A stretch of 56,405 nt of DNA from a virus (lineage: Duplodnaviria; Caudoviricetes). The stretch's first letter is position 1. Each line of letters starts with the position of its first letter. Made by a program: the position numbers and the translations under genes. The DNA lies in the IMG/VR virus record IMGVR_UViG_3300048578_000331, positions 1 through 56,405 of that record; one strand, 5' to 3'. Shown piece by piece: positions 54,445 to 56,405 of this stretch. The notes under the pieces were generated by a model. It was not told the origin of the DNA. It saw only the letters and a program-made list of their open reading frames with translations, and made no database searches.

Positions 54445-54647
54445 TTGTGACAGTCCATAGGACGCGTCCTAGGACAGTCCAGTGGATGCGTCCAGCGGAC
54501 AGTCCAGTGGATGCGAACCGGAAACCATTGAGAATTAAGGGTTTACCATTTGCTTACAAATGAGGCAATTCCCTGATTTTAGCAATGCGCAATTTTTTTG
54601 TGTTGTGACAGTCCATAGGACGCGTCCAGCGGACAGTCCAGCGGACA
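54445..54647. repeat. Two clusters of 12-13-bp palindromic GGAC(A/GC)GTCC tandem repeats (iteron-like)
   Basis: About 6 units at 54447-54519 and about 4 at 54605-54647; 25-bp TTGTGACAGTCCATAGGACGCGTCC is identical in both. Confidence 0.85.
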
Positions 54648-54659
54648 AAAGGAGTGTAT

Positions 54660-56405
54660 ATGGCAAAGAAGCAGTTGACCGCGTCCATTGCTGAAAAGAA
54701 AGCGGCGCTTTATATTCGCGTTTCTACTCATTGGCAGGTTGACAAAGATTCATTGCCGCTCCAGCGGCAAGACCTGATAAACTATTCGAAATACGTCCTT
54801 GGCATAGAAGACTATGTTGTTTTCGAGGATCCAGGGTATTCTGCGAAGAATACTGACCGTCCGGATTATCAGGCCATGCTTGCCAGAGTAAGGATGGGTG
54901 AATTTAGCCATCTACTTGTCTGGAAGATCGATAGGATCAGCCGTAACCTCCTGGACTTTGTAGCAATGTATGATGAGATCAAGTCACTCGGGGTTATTTT
55001 TGTCAGCAAGAATGAGCAGTTCGATACTTCAACCGCGATGGGTGAGGCCATGCTAAAAATCATCCTCGTGTTCGCTGAGCTTGAGCGGAACATGACATCA
55101 GAACGCGTTACGGCTGTTATGCTTTCACGTGCGAGCCAGGGGCAATGGAACGGCGGCAAAATCCCCATGGGATATGCGCTTAACAGCGAAACAGGAGAAT
55201 TTACGATCATTGAAGCAGAGGCGAAAATAATCATCACTTTGTTTGAACTATATGCTTCCGGAAAGTCACTCTTGGCCATAGCGCGGCTGATGAATGAAAA
55301 GGGCATCAAAGCGAAAAGTGGGGCGGTCTGGACGCCTACAACAATTTGGATAATATTGACTAACCCGTTTTATTATGGGGCGCTGCGCTATAATTACCGA
55401 AATGAGCAAAAGGGGCCTCGTGAATGGTTCTTCAAACCAGAAAAAGAATGGATCATAACCGAGGATCATCATCAGGCTATTATATCAAAAAGCCTATTCG
55501 ATGAATGTCAAAAAATACTTGATCGTAGGAACTCAAAGAAAAGAGAAACGCCGAAAACCTATGAGCGGAAAAACATTCATATCTTCGCCGGGCTGTTGAA
55601 ATGTGCCTCATGCGGAAGCAGCATGGCCGCTACAATTGACCGGCCGCGGGCTGATGGAAGCAGGCCATCAGTGTATTTGTGCTCTCGTCGGCGAAGGTTC
55701 AACGATTGCAAAAACAAATATATCTCAGATATGACAATTGGCCCTTTTGCATTTAACTATATCTCAAACCTGATACGTGCGGAAAGAAGCTTCGGGAGAT
55801 CCACATCAATCGACGTTTTCAGAAAAAAGCTTCTGCGTGGCCAGGCCATGGAAAGTGTGTCAGGAATTCAGCAAGACGGACTAACTGAGCTTTATGATCT
55901 CATCAGAGGTCAGAAGTATGGCTATCAGCCTTATGTCCCACATGGCACGACAGAAGAAGCGAAGGAGAACGATCTTGATGCAAGAGAACGCCTTGTCGAG
56001 GAAAAGAAGAAGCATGAACGCGCTTTGTCACGCCTAAAGGCCCTTTACCTATACAGCGAAGATGCACTTCCTGAAAAGGACTATTTGATAGAGCGGGCCC
56101 GACTGATGGAAGCCATAGCGGGAATTGATAGGCGCCTGGCTGAAGACTCCCAGCCTGAAGATGATTCACAGTTCCTTATGAGCGATGAGCTTATGCCGGC
56201 TGCATATTACTATGATTTTGTGCAGCAATTGCTTGATCGCCGAGAAGTAGATTTCCAAGCTTTGGTCAAGGATTCGGACCCAAGGATACTCAAGGATTTT
56301 CTCAATTCCGTCGTGCAAAACTTTTGTATTTTGGACGGTAAAATTCTATCCATACGGTTCAAAAACGGCCTTGAGCAGGTATTTACGTACAATGATAGAG
56401 AATAG
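54660..56405 (+). CDS. Large serine recombinase (integrase)
   Basis: YIRVST catalytic motif, DRISR, recombinase domain, CASC zinc ribbon, coiled coil. Confidence 0.95.
   Translation: MAKKQLTASIAEKKAALYIRVSTHWQVDKDSLPLQRQDLINYSKYVLGIEDYVVFEDPGYSAKNTDRPDYQAMLARVRMGEFSHLLVWKIDRISRNLLDFVAMYDEIKSLGVIFVSKNEQFDTSTAMGEAMLKIILVFAELERNMTSERVTAVMLSRASQGQWNGGKIPMGYALNSETGEFTIIEAEAKIIITLFELYASGKSLLAIARLMNEKGIKAKSGAVWTPTTIWIILTNPFYYGALRYNYRNEQKGPREWFFKPEKEWIITEDHHQAIISKSLFDECQKILDRRNSKKRETPKTYERKNIHIFAGLLKCASCGSSMAATIDRPRADGSRPSVYLCSRRRRFNDCKNKYISDMTIGPFAFNYISNLIRAERSFGRSTSIDVFRKKLLRGQAMESVSGIQQDGLTELYDLIRGQKYGYQPYVPHGTTEEAKENDLDARERLVEEKKKHERALSRLKALYLYSEDALPEKDYLIERARLMEAIAGIDRRLAEDSQPEDDSQFLMSDELMPAAYYYDFVQQLLDRREVDFQALVKDSDPRILKDFLNSVVQNFCILDGKILSIRFKNGLEQVFTYNDRE

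Larger units (their letters stand above)
1..56405. mobile_element. Temperate siphophage prophage with A118-like morphogenesis genes and a large serine integrase; near-complete, att sites outside the window
   Basis: Integrase, CI/Cro, replication, terminase, portal, capsid, tail, tape measure and lysis genes in canonical order; no obvious host genes. Confidence 0.95.

Noticed and set aside
54445-54647. CRISPR mini-array
   Set aside because: Units are 12-13 bp and directly tandem with no unique spacers; no cas genes
1-56405. att sites, tRNA genes and stop-codon recoding
   Set aside because: The window ends at the terminal stop codons so att sites cannot be seen; no tRNA recognised; genes are intact under the standard bacterial code

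Overview
The window is an apparently near-complete temperate siphophage (prophage) of about 56 kb from a spore-forming Bacillota host, most likely a clostridial one. It is cut at the stop codons of its two terminal genes, so the att sites are not visible. Reading right to left: large serine integrase preceded by an intergenic repeat array; XRE regulator and DUF5067-like exported protein; CI/Cro switch; recombination and replication genes (PD-(D/E)XK nuclease, Bet/RecT, initiator, DnaC-like loader, RuvC-like resolvase); middle accessory genes (ASCH, radical SAM, NDT-like domain); late activator; DUF488, a Dam-like/Mom-like fusion and a ParB-like gene in front of the terminase; A118-like head and tail genes; lysis genes; then a 10-kb accessory region (Spo0A C-terminal domain, DarA-like microprotein, DUF932, PcfK/AcrIIA9-like, PcfJ, DUF4942 methyltransferase). 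Most striking: (1) the accessory region forms two operons with near-identical promoters, and six of its genes are preceded by a repeated, covarying pseudoknot-capable motif abutting the RBS (plus one hairpin-only variant); (2) a candidate packaging-linked DNA hypermodification module; (3) an iteron-like array detached from the initiator gene and next to the integrase; (4) a terminase with a second, degenerate nuclease domain. All family calls come from recognising motifs by eye, not from database searches, and several start codons were adjusted using RBS position.
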